Shown: piece after piece, positions 40,401 to 51,865 of the stretch
How positions within the stretch are numbered: the first letter of the stretch is position 1
Layout: each line of letters starts with the position of its first letter
Assembly: GCA_951406725.2 (NCBI GenBank)
Contig: OX597830.1
Coordinates: 78,926,001-78,990,000 of the forward strand
Origin: Octopus vulgaris
Lineage: Eukaryota
Reading direction: 5' to 3'
DNA: 64,000 nucleotides
The notes under the pieces: generated by a model
Database searches by the model: none
What the model was told of the DNA's origin: nothing
The model's input: only the letters and a program-made list of their open reading frames with translations
Made by a program: the position numbers and the translations under genes

Positions 40401-42232
40401 ATTTACAACTTTCCTTCTTTCACACCACATCAAATAGAGCTTTATAAATGGTTTTTCATGTTACACGAGTTAAGTTGCATGTCCTGGAACCAATGACTGA
40501 TATAAATTGAGATATGCCAGTGTATTGATCTCTCCCCCTCTCTCTCTCTCTCTCACTCATTTATATCTAATTAATATCTCTGTGTTTCTCTTTCTCTCAA
40601 ACTAGACTTGGATTGGATGCAAAAATGCTGGCTAGCATCTTGAACGTGAGTTCTGGCCGCTGTTGGTCAAGTGAGATGTACAACCCTGTACCAGGGGTTA
40701 AAGAAGGTGTCCCCTCCAGCAATAACTATAAAGGCGGGTTTGGAACAGCATTAATGCTTAAGGTTTGTCACATTCTTATCAGTTCCTATGAATAAAAACT
40801 AAGGTCTTTTTGGGGTTTTTTTTTATAAATGCTGACATATCTATATTGTTAAAAAGTGGTTCCCATTGCAGACATCTAATTCTGGGTTCAGTCCCACTGT
40901 GCTTGACCTTGGGCAAGTATCTTCTACAATACCCTTTGGTTGACCAATACCTTATCAGTGGAATTTTGTTGAAGGAAACTGTGAGAAGCTCATCACACAC
41001 ACACCTTTTTTTTTAACTTATACTCGTTTTAGTCATTTGACTGTGGCCAATTTTAGTCAAACAAATTGAGCCCAGTACTTTTTTTTTTTGTTTGCTTGGT
41101 ATTTATATCATTGGTCTTTTTCGCTAAACTACTAAGTTACAAGGATGTAAACACACCATCACTGGTTGTCAAGCAGTGGTGAGGAACAAACAAACACATA
41201 CTGAAAGAGATACACACACACTGTATATATACATATATATATTGATAGATAGATAGATATAACAATAATTAAGGGTTTAGCAACAAGTTGCTTAACCACA
41301 TACTGAAAAATTTAGAAATAGCAGCCAAAAGACCATTATTTCTTTTCGCTACAAAATATGACTCCACAGATAACCCTATCTGTAACTCACAAAGTGCCAG
41401 TGTGACCCAAAACGACATCATTGAGAAGAAGCTCCTTAACTGCAGAGCCACTCCTGTGACTAAAAGAAACAAAATCTAATTAACTTCATTATGCTAACAA
41501 GACATATTTCAATCTTTTATTACATTCATCATCATCATTTAATATCCATTTTCCATGCTGCCCCCTGTCTGTTTTGGCATGGCTTCTATGACTGGATGCC
41601 CTTCCTAACACCACAAACCACTTTACAGAGTCTACTGGGTGCTTTTTACATGACACCAGCACCTATGAACCTGCAAGATTAGGGATGCAAGATTAGGGAT
41701 GTTCATTTAGGGAGGGACTGAGATGTGCTCAGTTGCAGGGGACAAGCTTGAATGCAAGGACAACCATGCTTTTACTTAGCTTGACGTGTCTCTTCAAGCA
41801 CAGCAAATCACCAGGGGTCTCAGTTCCTTGTCATCCCTTTTGTGGGTCCCAATGTCAGCAGATCCTTTCTCACCACTTCATCCCACGTGTTCCAGGTCTA
41901 CCCTTTCCACATATTCGCTCTACAATTAGAGATCAGCACCTCTTGACACAACCGTCTTCATTCATACATATTACATGGCCATACCATTGCTGTCTTCTCT
42001 TTTACACACCATATCTGGCGCTATGTATATCCAGTTATTTTTGTTGTTACCCTTTTTTTTTTTCTGTCTCCAGGATCTTGGTCTGGCACAGAATGCTGCT
42101 GGCGCAACTCAATCCCCGACACCACTTGGTGGAATGGCCTTAAATTTGTACAGAATTATGTGTAACAACGGCTTTTCTGAAATGGATTTTTCATCTGTCT
42201 ACAAGTTCCTGCAAAAAAGGGAATCCAGCTAA
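18509..42232 (+). CDS. HIBADH: 3-hydroxyisobutyrate dehydrogenase, mitochondrial; whole spliced gene, 9 coding exons, 975 nt, 324 aa
   Basis: Exons 18509-18572, 26276-26292, 32431-32557, 33254-33371, 33582-33703, 36102-36235, 37205-37281, 40606-40762, 42074-42232 join in frame through GT-AG introns (phases 1,0,1,2,1,0,2,0). Motifs: GFVGLGNMG (Rossmann), DSSTIDP, DSPVSGG, FMVGG, catalytic AAKICNN, KDLGLA. Confidence 0.95.
19139..19401. mobile_element. Merlin-like MITE
   Basis: About 70-bp TIRs beginning GG; perfect 8-bp TSD GTATTGTG; superfamily inferred from GG termini plus 8-bp TSD. Confidence 0.8.
20705..21000 (-). mobile_element. (ATG)n-tailed SINE-like repeat family E
   Basis: CATCATCGTTTAACGTCCGCTTTCCATGC end and GTGCCAC internal repeats; copies at 21.9-22.3, 31.1-31.9, 36.3-36.6, 39.9-40.1 and 41.5 kb. 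Confidence 0.7.
21155..21247 (-). pseudogene. full-length decayed tRNA-Met-derived copy in HIBADH intron 1
   Basis: Cloverleaf remnants, loop CCTATA (invariant U33 lost), mismatched acceptor and T stems, intron retained. Confidence 0.75.
25421..25752 (+). mobile_element. fold-back retroelement remnant (Penelope-like terminal repeat, inferred)
   Basis: 12-bp TSD ATTGCTCATAGA; inverted arms of about 130 bp; hammerhead-like motif at 25621-25657; second copy 43845-44188. Confidence 0.65.
25621..25657 (+). ncRNA. hammerhead-like motif, U3-A8 core variant
   Basis: CTA-TTGAAAA-G-GTTGC-AAGAC-GCAAC-GAAA-ATT-T-TAG; copy at 44055-44091. Confidence 0.5.
26276..26292 (+). CDS. HIBADH: HIBADH exon 2, 17-nt microexon (D)SASDK
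   Basis: Long polypyrimidine tract ending TTCCAG, donor AAG|GTAAGT; bridges phase 1 (exon 1) to phase 0 (exon 3). Confidence 0.78.
26796..26831 (+). ncRNA. hammerhead-like motif, C3-G8 with U at position 6
   Basis: CTTT-CTGTTGA-A-GAGC-ATAG-GCTC-GAAA-CGT-A-AAAG; copies 16432-16467 (+) and 50749-50784 (-). Confidence 0.5.
26960..27252 (-). mobile_element. tRNA-derived SINE family D
   Basis: A-box TGGCCCAGTCGTTAG and B-box-like GGTTTCGATTC head followed by a non-tRNA body. Confidence 0.65.
27308..27596 (-). mobile_element. non-autonomous Helitron, internally deleted relative of 13044-13436
   Basis: Same termini and hairpin. Confidence 0.8.
29070..30150. repeat. degenerate (CAT/CAC)n low-complexity tract
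   Basis: About 1.1 kb of trinucleotide-periodic sequence in HIBADH intron 2. Confidence 0.9.
31150..31712. repeat. 26-bp minisatellite, about 21 copies
   Basis: Unit GTGCTGGTGCCACGTAAAAGGTATTA, expanded from a family E internal motif. Confidence 0.95.
32431..32557 (+). CDS. HIBADH: HIBADH exon 3 (NAD-binding GxGxMG)
   Basis: [30 protein letters not shown]; acceptor TTGCAG, donor G|GTAATG. Confidence 0.95.
33254..33371 (+). CDS. HIBADH: HIBADH exon 4
   Basis: [27 protein letters not shown]; acceptor CCCCAG, donor AG|GTATGA. Confidence 0.95.
33582..33703 (+). CDS. HIBADH: HIBADH exon 5
   Basis: [16 protein letters not shown]...DSPVSG; acceptor TCACAG, donor G|GTAACA. Confidence 0.95.
34396..35860 (+). 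mobile_element. decayed RTE-clade LINE reverse transcriptase in HIBADH intron 5
   Basis: [65 protein letters not shown] motifs with frameshifts and stops. Confidence 0.85.
36102..36235 (+). CDS. HIBADH: HIBADH exon 6
   Basis: LTFMVGG...[15 protein letters not shown]; acceptor CAACAG, donor CAG|GTTGGT. Confidence 0.95.
36895..37175 (+). mobile_element. L1/Tx1-like LINE fragment (zinc-binding region)
   Basis: [24 protein letters not shown] resembles the CxxC...ETxxH...C...W motif. Confidence 0.55.
37205..37281 (+). CDS. HIBADH: HIBADH exon 7 (catalytic Lys)
   Basis: [25 protein letters not shown]; acceptor TTTCAG, donor AA|GTAGGT. Confidence 0.95.
39122..39495 (+). mobile_element. non-autonomous Helitron
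   Basis: A|TC start, hairpin TATGACCCGGCGTTGCCAGGTCATA, CTAG|T end. Confidence 0.8.
40101..40433 (-). mobile_element. 3' fragment of a restriction-like-endonuclease LINE (HERO/NeSL-like)
   Basis: IVELTVPHE...ARKFNHY...GW...PIEVGRRGF...WIWLKR C-terminal RLE signature; open frame. Confidence 0.85.
40606..40762 (+). CDS. HIBADH: HIBADH exon 8
   Basis: [31 protein letters not shown]...[12 protein letters not shown]; acceptor ACTAG, donor AAG|GTTTGT. Confidence 0.95.
42074..42232 (+). CDS. HIBADH: HIBADH exon 9 (terminal coding exon)
   Basis: DLGLAQNAA...[15 protein letters not shown] then TAA; acceptor CTCCAG. Confidence 0.95.
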   Translation, partial: DLGLAQNAAGATQSPTPLGGMALNLYRIMCNNGFSEMDFSSVYKFLQKRESS

Positions 42233-43880
42233 GTACACCATTACCAATAGTGTCAGAAACAGCAACAGCACCATCAAGAATAGCAAAACTACCCCTGCCC
42301 CCTAATACCACCAGACTGACACCGTCAACAACACTACTACCAGCTACACCAACAACACCAACAGCTCAGTTGTCAGGAATAGCAGCACCCATCCTCACCA
42401 CCAACACCTCCACTACCAATTATATCATTGCCACTACCTACAACACTAACTCCACCATCACCACTATCAACACCGCCACCAATATGATGAGGAAGCCTCT
42501 TTGTGGTTGTTCCAACAGCTAGAAATAGCAATCAAATCTCCACACATTGTCTGAAATAAGGATACAGCAATCATGACAGGAATTCTTTTGGTCATATCTC
42601 CTACGTCAGGTCTGACCTACCTCTTTACTACTACAACAACAGCACCAAAAGCCACTACCTTCAACACTAATACATCGTCTTGTTATTTTGGTTGTTAATA
42701 TTAATCCTATCTTTTATTCCACAAAGGTTGATTTTGCCTTTCATCCTTTCGGGGTTGATAAAATAAGTACCAGTTGAGTTCTGAAGTTGATCTAATCAAC
42801 TTGGCCCCCTTCCCTGAAATTGCTGGCCTTGTGCCAAAATTTGAATCCAATATTAATCCCCACTTAAGGCAGCAAGCTAGCAGAATTGTTAGCACACCAG
42901 GCAAAATGTTCACTGGTATTTTGTGTCTTTACATTCTGAGTTCAGATTCTGCCAAGACTGACTTTGCCTTTCATTCTTTCGGGGTTGATAAAATAAGTAC
43001 CAGTTGACTACTGGGGTTAATGTAATCAACTTACCCACTTCCCTGAAATTGCTGGCCTTGTGCCAAAATCTGAAACCATTTTTATCGCTATTAGGAAGGC
43101 AAGTTGACAGAATCATTAACACTCTAGGAAGTTAAGCAGATTTAAGAATGATTTGAAACCTGTTTGGTAACTCCTGTGGTATTGTTCTAATCATGAGAAA
43201 AGAAAAATACAATTGATAAAAATTAAAACTGAAATAAAAAAAAAAAATTAAGAAAAATTTTTTAAGCCACTTTTGATGTCCGGTTTGGAAAGATCAAATT
43301 CTTTAACAGAAAGGGATCTCATACATTCTTATAACTTTTTTTTTTTTTTCATTTTCTTTTCTTTTCTTTTTACCTAGGACATTTTGTATTCTAATTTTGG
43401 AAAAGAATCTCAGAAAATTAATTTTGAAAAAAATTGTAAAATATCAAGACTTTTCTTTTTCTTGTTTTATGAATTTAACATTATGTGTAGCAGAAGGTGG
43501 AGGGAGGATTTATGAGTAAAAAAAATTATAAGGATAAATTTCTAAAAATACTTATTTTATAATTTTTGAAAAATTATTGTGTGAAATGAAATAAAATCGA
43601 GCTATATTCAGAAATATTCATAGTTTTGTAAAAGTTTTCAATTTATTTTTATTATTTTATTTTATTGTGAAGCAGTGAGCTGGCAACATTGTTTGCATGC
43701 CAGACAAACTGGCTATACATTCTCAGTTCAAATTCCACTGAAGTTAACCTTGCAGTTCATCCTTTTGGGGTTGATAAAATAAGTACCATTTGAACACTTA
43801 TAGTGGATGGAACTTGTGGAAAAGGGCGACTCAGGAAGACATATTCTGTTGTGTCTGGGGAGAGTCATTTTCTCTGCAAG

Positions 43881-43927
<47 letters not shown>

Positions 43928-44622
43928 CATACATACACATGCATACATACTTACATACATGCATGCATGCATAGGCACATACACACACTGACCCACACGC
44001 ATGCGCACAAACAAACAAAAAGGAACGCAGTGTAAATAACGGACAGAGTCAAGACTATTGAAAAGGTTGCAAGACGCAACGAAAATTGTAGGACAATAAA
44101 AAATAAGAAATAAGTGGAAATCTTACCGGTGAGTGAGTTATATTATAAGGCACAAAAAGAAAATGACTCTCCCCAGACACAACAGAAATAAAAGTAAAAC
44201 AAGAGGAATAACTCATGAACAAACATTTGCTGTTATCTCCCTTGACGAGAGACTGCTCATTTTTATACATTCGTGTGTAGATGAGCGAGCGAGCACGCAC
44301 ACGCAAAGTTTACTATTTTGTTGCATGGATCCCCGGGTGAGAACCACTGTTTTAGAGAGTGTCGATAATTATAAAAAAATTTAAAAAGCATATAGTTTCA
44401 AAAGTTCCGTTGATTACATGGTGTCTCGGTAATTAATATATACGTGTATACACGCGCGCAGGCACACACATATTGTTTTTGTTTTTTTTTTTCTTTTGGG
44501 AAAAGCTTTTTTACTCGATTGCTTGGAAGTGCTCAGGTCGAACCCGAGACGTTAGACAATATATAACTTCGTATAAGAATAAACAAACATTTATATAATC
44601 ATTTATATTTATGATTTATGTT

Positions 44623-45034
44623 GGATCTTTTCGGTTTGAACGGCAGTTTTTTCTAGCGGTGTCATATGAAATTGTCACCCATAATTATGACCCTAGTATC
44701 GATCTATTGTATTTCAATCGGTTCTAGGGTTAGAGGTGGGGGGAAGGGTATCTTCTTTTCTTCAGAAATGTAAATAAACCCAATCTGTTTCTTAAACGAG
44801 GGACATATTCATACGGCACAGAATGTTTTCACCTCAATAGACGTCATTGATTTGTTGAAATTGCAGAAATTGAAGAAGAAAAACAACAAATATCTTACAA
44901 ACTATAGAATTTTCTCAATAAAGCCCAAGAGAAAAAGATGTTTTATAAACACATTCTACCAGTATACGAAGTTTAAAAGTGTTTAGTTACGTAGAAATTA
45001 TTTTTAAAAACTGCCGGTCAAACCGAAAAGATCC
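44623..45034. mobile_element. Merlin-like MITE
   Basis: TIR GGATCTTTTCGGTTTGA; imperfect 8-bp TSD TTTATGTT/TTTACGTC; partial copies near 9025-9200 and 38650-38785. Confidence 0.75.
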
Positions 45035-45093
45035 TTTACGTCAACATAATAAATCCATACATAGGCAGAACATTCAATTATATTATTCAGAAA

Positions 45094-45468
45094 GAAATGG
45101 GAGTTATATGAGGTAAAATTGTACATGAAAAGGGTAAATGAATAAAGGTTGATATATCGCTTCAAAATCATTTCAAATTTAAGACTAAAGGACGTTGAAA
45201 TAAGGATTAAAAGTTAAAGCATACATCGACAGTAGTGGGAAATCCTTATTATAGATCTAAAAGTTTAGAAGAGTTCCGAAGAAATGAACTCTTCTAAACT
45301 TTTAAATTCATATTTAGGATTTCCCACTACTGCCGATATATTTTATAATTTTTAATCCTTATTTCAACGTCCTTTAACCTTAATTTTAAAATGATTTTTA
45401 AGCGATATATCAACCTTTATTTATTTACGCTTTTCATGTACATTTTTACCTCATATAACTCTTATTTC
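45094..45468. repeat. long fold-back palindrome (about 180-bp arms, 9-nt loop)
   Basis: Arms meet at TAGAAGAGTTC-CGAAGAAAT-GAACTCTTCTA. Confidence 0.9.
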
Positions 45469-45659
45469 AGTCATTTGACTGTGGCCATACTGGAGCACTG
45501 CCTTTAGTCGAGCAAATCGACCCCGGGACTTATTCTTTGTATGCCTAGTACTTATTCTATTGGTCTCTAATGCTGAACCGCCAGGTGACGGTGACATAAG
45601 CACAACGGCATCGGTTGTCAATCAATGCTAGAGGGACAAACACACACACACACACACAC

Positions 45660-46517
<858 letters not shown>

Positions 46518-46947
46518 GCTGCGAGCTGGTAGAAACGTTAGCACGCCGGGCGAAATTCGTAGCCGTATTTCGTCTGTCGTTACGTTCCGAGTTCAAATTC
46601 CGCCGAGGTCGACTTTGCCTTTCATCCTTTCGGGGTCGATAAATTAAGTACCAGTTACGCACTGGGGTCGATGTAGTCGACTTAATCCCTTTGTCTGTCC
46701 TTGTTTGTCCCCTCTGTGTTTAGCCCCTTGTGGGTAGTAAAGAAATATATATATATATATAGATTATATATATAGATAATCTATATATATATATATATAT
46801 AGATAATATATATATATATATATAGATTATATATATAGATAATCTATATATAGATAATATATATATATATATATTTGAAGTAGATAAATGAATTATCTTA
46901 TTACGGATAATTCAAATGATAACCGATACCTGGGTAGCAAAAATCAC

Positions 46948-46979
<32 letters not shown>

Positions 46980-47253
46980 CGACGGGCTTCTTTCAGTTCC
47001 CGTCTACCAAATCCACTCACAAGGCTTTGGTTGGCCAAAGGCTACAGTAGAAGACATTGCCTAAGATGCCATGCAGTGGGACTGAACCCGGAACCATGTG
47101 GTTGGTAAGCAAGCTACTTACCACACAGCCACTGCTATAATATATAAATATGTTCCTTGTCTTGTAATTGTATGTTATATCTATGTATGTATTTATTATG
47201 TTGATGTAAATCATAAATATAAATGGTTATCTAAATCTATATATTTATGTGTA

Positions 47254-47288
<35 letters not shown>

Positions 47289-48623
47289 ACATATCTTTTA
47301 TTTTTTCCAGTCATGCGACTGCGGCCATGCTGGTGCATTCTTTTGTAAAGTTTTAGTCGAACTAATGAATTCCATGTAAAGATATATTCTTTTAAAAACT
47401 GGTATTTATTTTATCGGTCTCTTAGGCCATACCGCTATGTTACGGGGACGTAAACAAACCAACATTGGTTTACAAGCCTTGGTAGAACAAACACAAAGAC
47501 ACACGCACACATAATATTCGTGTAAATTCGAGGATGTCTTATCCTCTTAAGGGATTAATATATCCAAAATTTCACAGGTTTAATCCCCAACAGGTTCGAG
47601 GGAAGTCTCCACGATATGTCTGGGATTATTATAAGTATTATTTAATAAAAGGTGAGAAAATGGAGAGTTGGTAAGGACGTAAATTGATTTATTAACATGG
47701 TTCCAATGTAAAGACTGAATAGAAATAAATTTTAAGAAAACCTACGTACATTTCAATTCCAACCTATAAATAAATGCATAATTTCAAGAATTAGATTAAA
47801 TATGTGTGTGTGTGTGTGTGTGTGTGTTGTGTGTGTGTGTGTGTGTTGTGTTCGTGTGTGTGTAATAACACACACGGGACAGGTTTCAGTTTTCGTCCAG
47901 TAAATCCACTCAGAGGGCTTTGGTCGGCCCGTGGTTATAGTAGAAGACACTTACCCAACGTGCCTCGCTGTGGGATTGCACTTGCAACCGCGCATGTGGT
48001 TAGGAAACCAACTTATTTAATATTTCCTTATTGCCCCCAAAGGGGCTAAACATAGAGGGGACAAACAAGGAGAGAAAAAGGGATTAAGTCGATTACATCG
48101 ACCCCAGTGCGTAACTGGTACTTAATTTATCGATCACCGAGAGGATGAAAGGCAAAGTCGGCCTCGGCGGAATTTGAACTCAGAACGTAACGGCAGACGA
48201 AATACCTATTTCTTTACTACTCACAAGGGGCTAAACACAGAGAGGACAAGCAAGGACAGACAAACGGATTAAGTCGATTATATCGACCCCAGTGCGTAAC
48301 TGGTACTTATTTAACTGACCCCGAAAGGATGAAAGGCAAAGTCGACCTCGGTGGAATTTGAACTCAGAACGCAGCGGCAGACGAAATACGGCTACGCATT
48401 TCGCCCGGCGTTCTGACGTTTCTGCCAGCTCGCCGCCTTAGGAAACAAACTTCTTGTCACACAGCTATGCATGCATATACGTATGGATGTGTGTACCCAC
48501 ATACATAACTTGGGTGGAGGGAAGATATCATTATACACATTGCTATAATGATACAAATACATAGATTATAAAGAGATGATCTGATCACATGCTAAATGTT
48601 TTAAATATAAATGCTAAACTTTG

Positions 48624-48810
48624 CTATGAAGTAAATCTATTGACTTTAGCCGTCACTGTGTTTGTAAACGAATTAAATACATTAGACACACGAGACAATC
48701 GTAAGTAACTGTCATGTTTATACGATTTAACTCTGAGCAGGAAAAGAGGGATCGATTGGACAATAGATTCAGATGTCTTTACGCGATCTCGACAGCAATC
48801 GATTACCCTA
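48624..48810 (-). CDS. possible terminal exon (cytoplasmic tail-like)
   Basis: Acceptor TTTCCAG then 61 open codons RVIDCCRDRVK...VNRFTS-stop in AT-rich unique DNA; link to upstream exons not shown. Confidence 0.3.
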
Positions 48811-48989
48811 CTGGAAACCATGAAATTGTATTTAAAGATATTGTTGTTGTTAGGAATATAACTTAATCAAATAGACTGATTTATTGATATCAATATCAAT
48901 AAATTTATTCATATACAGACGTCATTGGATAATAGTTACATTGAGAGAAATAGACAGAGGCGTCATTAAATTACATATATTTATATATA

Positions 48990-50585
48990 CGAGGGTTATA
49001 CTGAAACTGTTTCAAAAGTGAGCATGACTTTATATCAGTTGTGTGTGTGTAAACTATGCATGATCAATATAATGTATATATTTTATTTTAAAACTGACAG
49101 TCACAAATAAGGTCTTTGTAGGGCTCACCATTCATTTAAGACAAGAAGCAATTGTTACACAATACATGACACCCCATAAAACAAGGTTAGACAAGAAAAT
49201 ACGAAAGTACTGTAAAAGTGGGCACCTCTTATTTCATTAACTGACATAGGACGTTTAAATTGCAAAAGTTGTTAGAGTAACTCTCCTTCTATACAAAAGT
49301 ATAACTCAACATAATTTCCATCACAAGTGATGCGTTTGCATCAAATACTCTTTCAAGAATTCGGGGATGCACTATTGTACTCACTTCTTCACAGCCGTTT
49401 ACATCCCCGTCTATGTTATAAAATCGATGCCTCTGAAGACTGTCCTTCATGGATCGAACAGAAGAAAGTCAGAGGGCGCCAATACCATGTTGTACCGACC
49501 AGGTTTATTTTCTGATTCCTTGATTTGTAGTCAAAGATTTGTTAGGCCGCGCGCTATCATAGTTAATGTAGGACACTTTGAAATTTTTGTTTGGTCTTTT
49601 CCTTCCGATGGCTTCTCTAAGCTTTTGTCTTTCTCAATGAACCGCTCGCTGTTCGCGGTATTGTCACTTGCGAGCTGCAGGCGGCGAGCTGGCAGAAACG
49701 TTAGCACGCCGGGCGAAATGCGTAGCCGTATTTCGTCTGCCGTTACGTTCTGAGTTCAAATTCCGCCGAGGTCGACTTTGCCTTTCATCCTTTCGGGGTC
49801 GATAAATTAAGTACCAGTTACGCACTGGGGTCGATGTAATCGACTTAATCTGTTTGTCTGTCCTTGTTTGTCCTCTCTGTGTTTAAGCCCCTTGTGGGTA
49901 GTAAAGAAATAGGTATTGTCACTTTCCAGAAAATCAAGAGAACGGTGCTCTTGTTATCCTCCTCCAAAATGGTCTTGAACTTATTAGGCCTTGGAGAGGT
50001 GTGACACCATTCCATGAACTGGGTCTTTAATTCCCTCTCATCAAATCAGAATTCTCCCTGTAGATCAGAGCAGACTCCTACTCTTTTCTTCTTCAAATTG
50101 GATACCAACTACCGAGGTACGCACTTCGATATCCAAAGTCCTGCACCACCTTCTGTAACACATTGTAAACTCTGTCCAGTCGTTCAGCAACTTCGCGGAT
50201 TGTGACTTGTCTGTTCGTGTGAATCATTTCATCCATTTACTGGTGATTCGTACCAGGGATCGCTGTTGATGGTTTCCTACTGCGTAGTTTGTTTTCAAAA
50301 CTGCTTTCGCTTTCTTTAAACTTCTTTTATCTCTGCACGTTATTCTTGTCAGTGGTGTCATTTCTGTCAATAAGCTGCAACCTTTTGTGTGTACGAGAAA
50401 GCTTCTGTAGCTTCTTCATCAAGAACTCAATGACCACACGACGTTATTTCAGACTGGAACATATTGTTTGCTTTCAATGAAGAACAAGAAGAGTTACTCT
50501 ACAAATATGTACAACATGAGCGACCTTTGTCCGTAAATACAAACTTCTTACGCCCGCGCTTAAATTACTTTCGACACAACCCTCG
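48990..50585 (-). mobile_element. decayed mariner transposon interrupted by a SINE
   Basis: TA|CGAGGGTT...AACCCTCG|TA termini; remnants VTIREVAE, KTQFMEWCHTSPRPNKFK, LAPSDFLLF; about 1.35 kb without the SINE. Confidence 0.8.
49670..49911 (+). mobile_element. young SINE family A copy inserted in a mariner
   Basis: 13-bp target-site duplication GGTATTGTCACTT at 49657-49669 and 49912-49924. Confidence 0.9.
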
Positions 50586-50782
50586 TATACACAGATGTAA
50601 TTAAATCACATTGCCTTTTAGAAATATATACATATATATATATATACATAACGGGAAGCTTTATGAAAATAAACAAAAGACGAAGGCAGGTGGAATACAA
50701 ACAAACAATTGTGTTAGTATGGCGCTCAGGAATATAAATAAAACAAGTCTTTTACGTTTCGAACCTACGCTCTTCAACAGAA

Positions 50783-50821
<39 letters not shown>

Positions 50822-51818
50822 TTAGATATATTTCGACCAAAGATTGGTCCAGGCCATGTCTAACTTAATAGCACCACCTGATAGGATTATCTTAATCCTG
50901 TTTAAGTCAAGTTTTGTTTAAGGTCCATTCAAGTAGTGGGTTTTTGTTGGGTGAGTTGTATCCAATTATGGGTGGCTTATCTGGTATTCCTTGAAGGAAT
51001 CTATATATATGTATATATATGTATAAATACATGTCACTGGACTACACCGCTACACCGACTTAGATATTCAGTTTCCGCTTGCAAGTCTACGTCTTCGCCG
51101 TCTGATAGAAACACGTCCAGGTCACGTTGGAACTCTGCACTAAAAACCATCTCAAGGATACTGTCATCGATCACTGGAAGACTGTACGGTATCCCGATCT
51201 CGTTTCCCTCCGCCAAGGCTTCAAGGACGCAGTCTACTTTATGTTCAAGGTCGTATAACCATTCGGGAAGATCTGAAATCTGAACTTTCCCCGGAAATGG
51301 TTCATTTTGTATGTCTTCTTCCTGAGAGCTGTCCTCATTGATATGGTTATCAGCCATTAGGATGAAAATATTCAATGTTTTTTGGGTTTTTTTTATGTAT
51401 GTGTGAAACCCCTGTGACTAATGTAGAAGGGATTAATTTAATTTAATTCTTGTTTTCTTGTTTTTTCTCCTATTTCTTCGCTCAGAAACTTGGTTGGGTA
51501 ATTTGGCAACCTAGAAAACAAACAGAATTTGGAATTATTATTATTGTTGTTGATATTATTATTATTATTATTATCATTATTATTACTATTATTATTATTA
51601 TTATTATCATTATCATCATCACTTTCATCATCAACATCATCATCGTTATCATCTTTTAACTTGTTTCAGTCATTAGACTGCGGCCATGCTGAGGCACCAC
51701 GTTGGAGAGGTTTAGTCAAACAAATCGACTCCAGGATTTGTTTTTTAAGCCTATTCTATCAATGGGGATGTAAACACACCAATACCAGTTGTCAAGCGGT
51801 GATGGGGAACAAACACAA

Positions 51819-51865
<47 letters not shown>

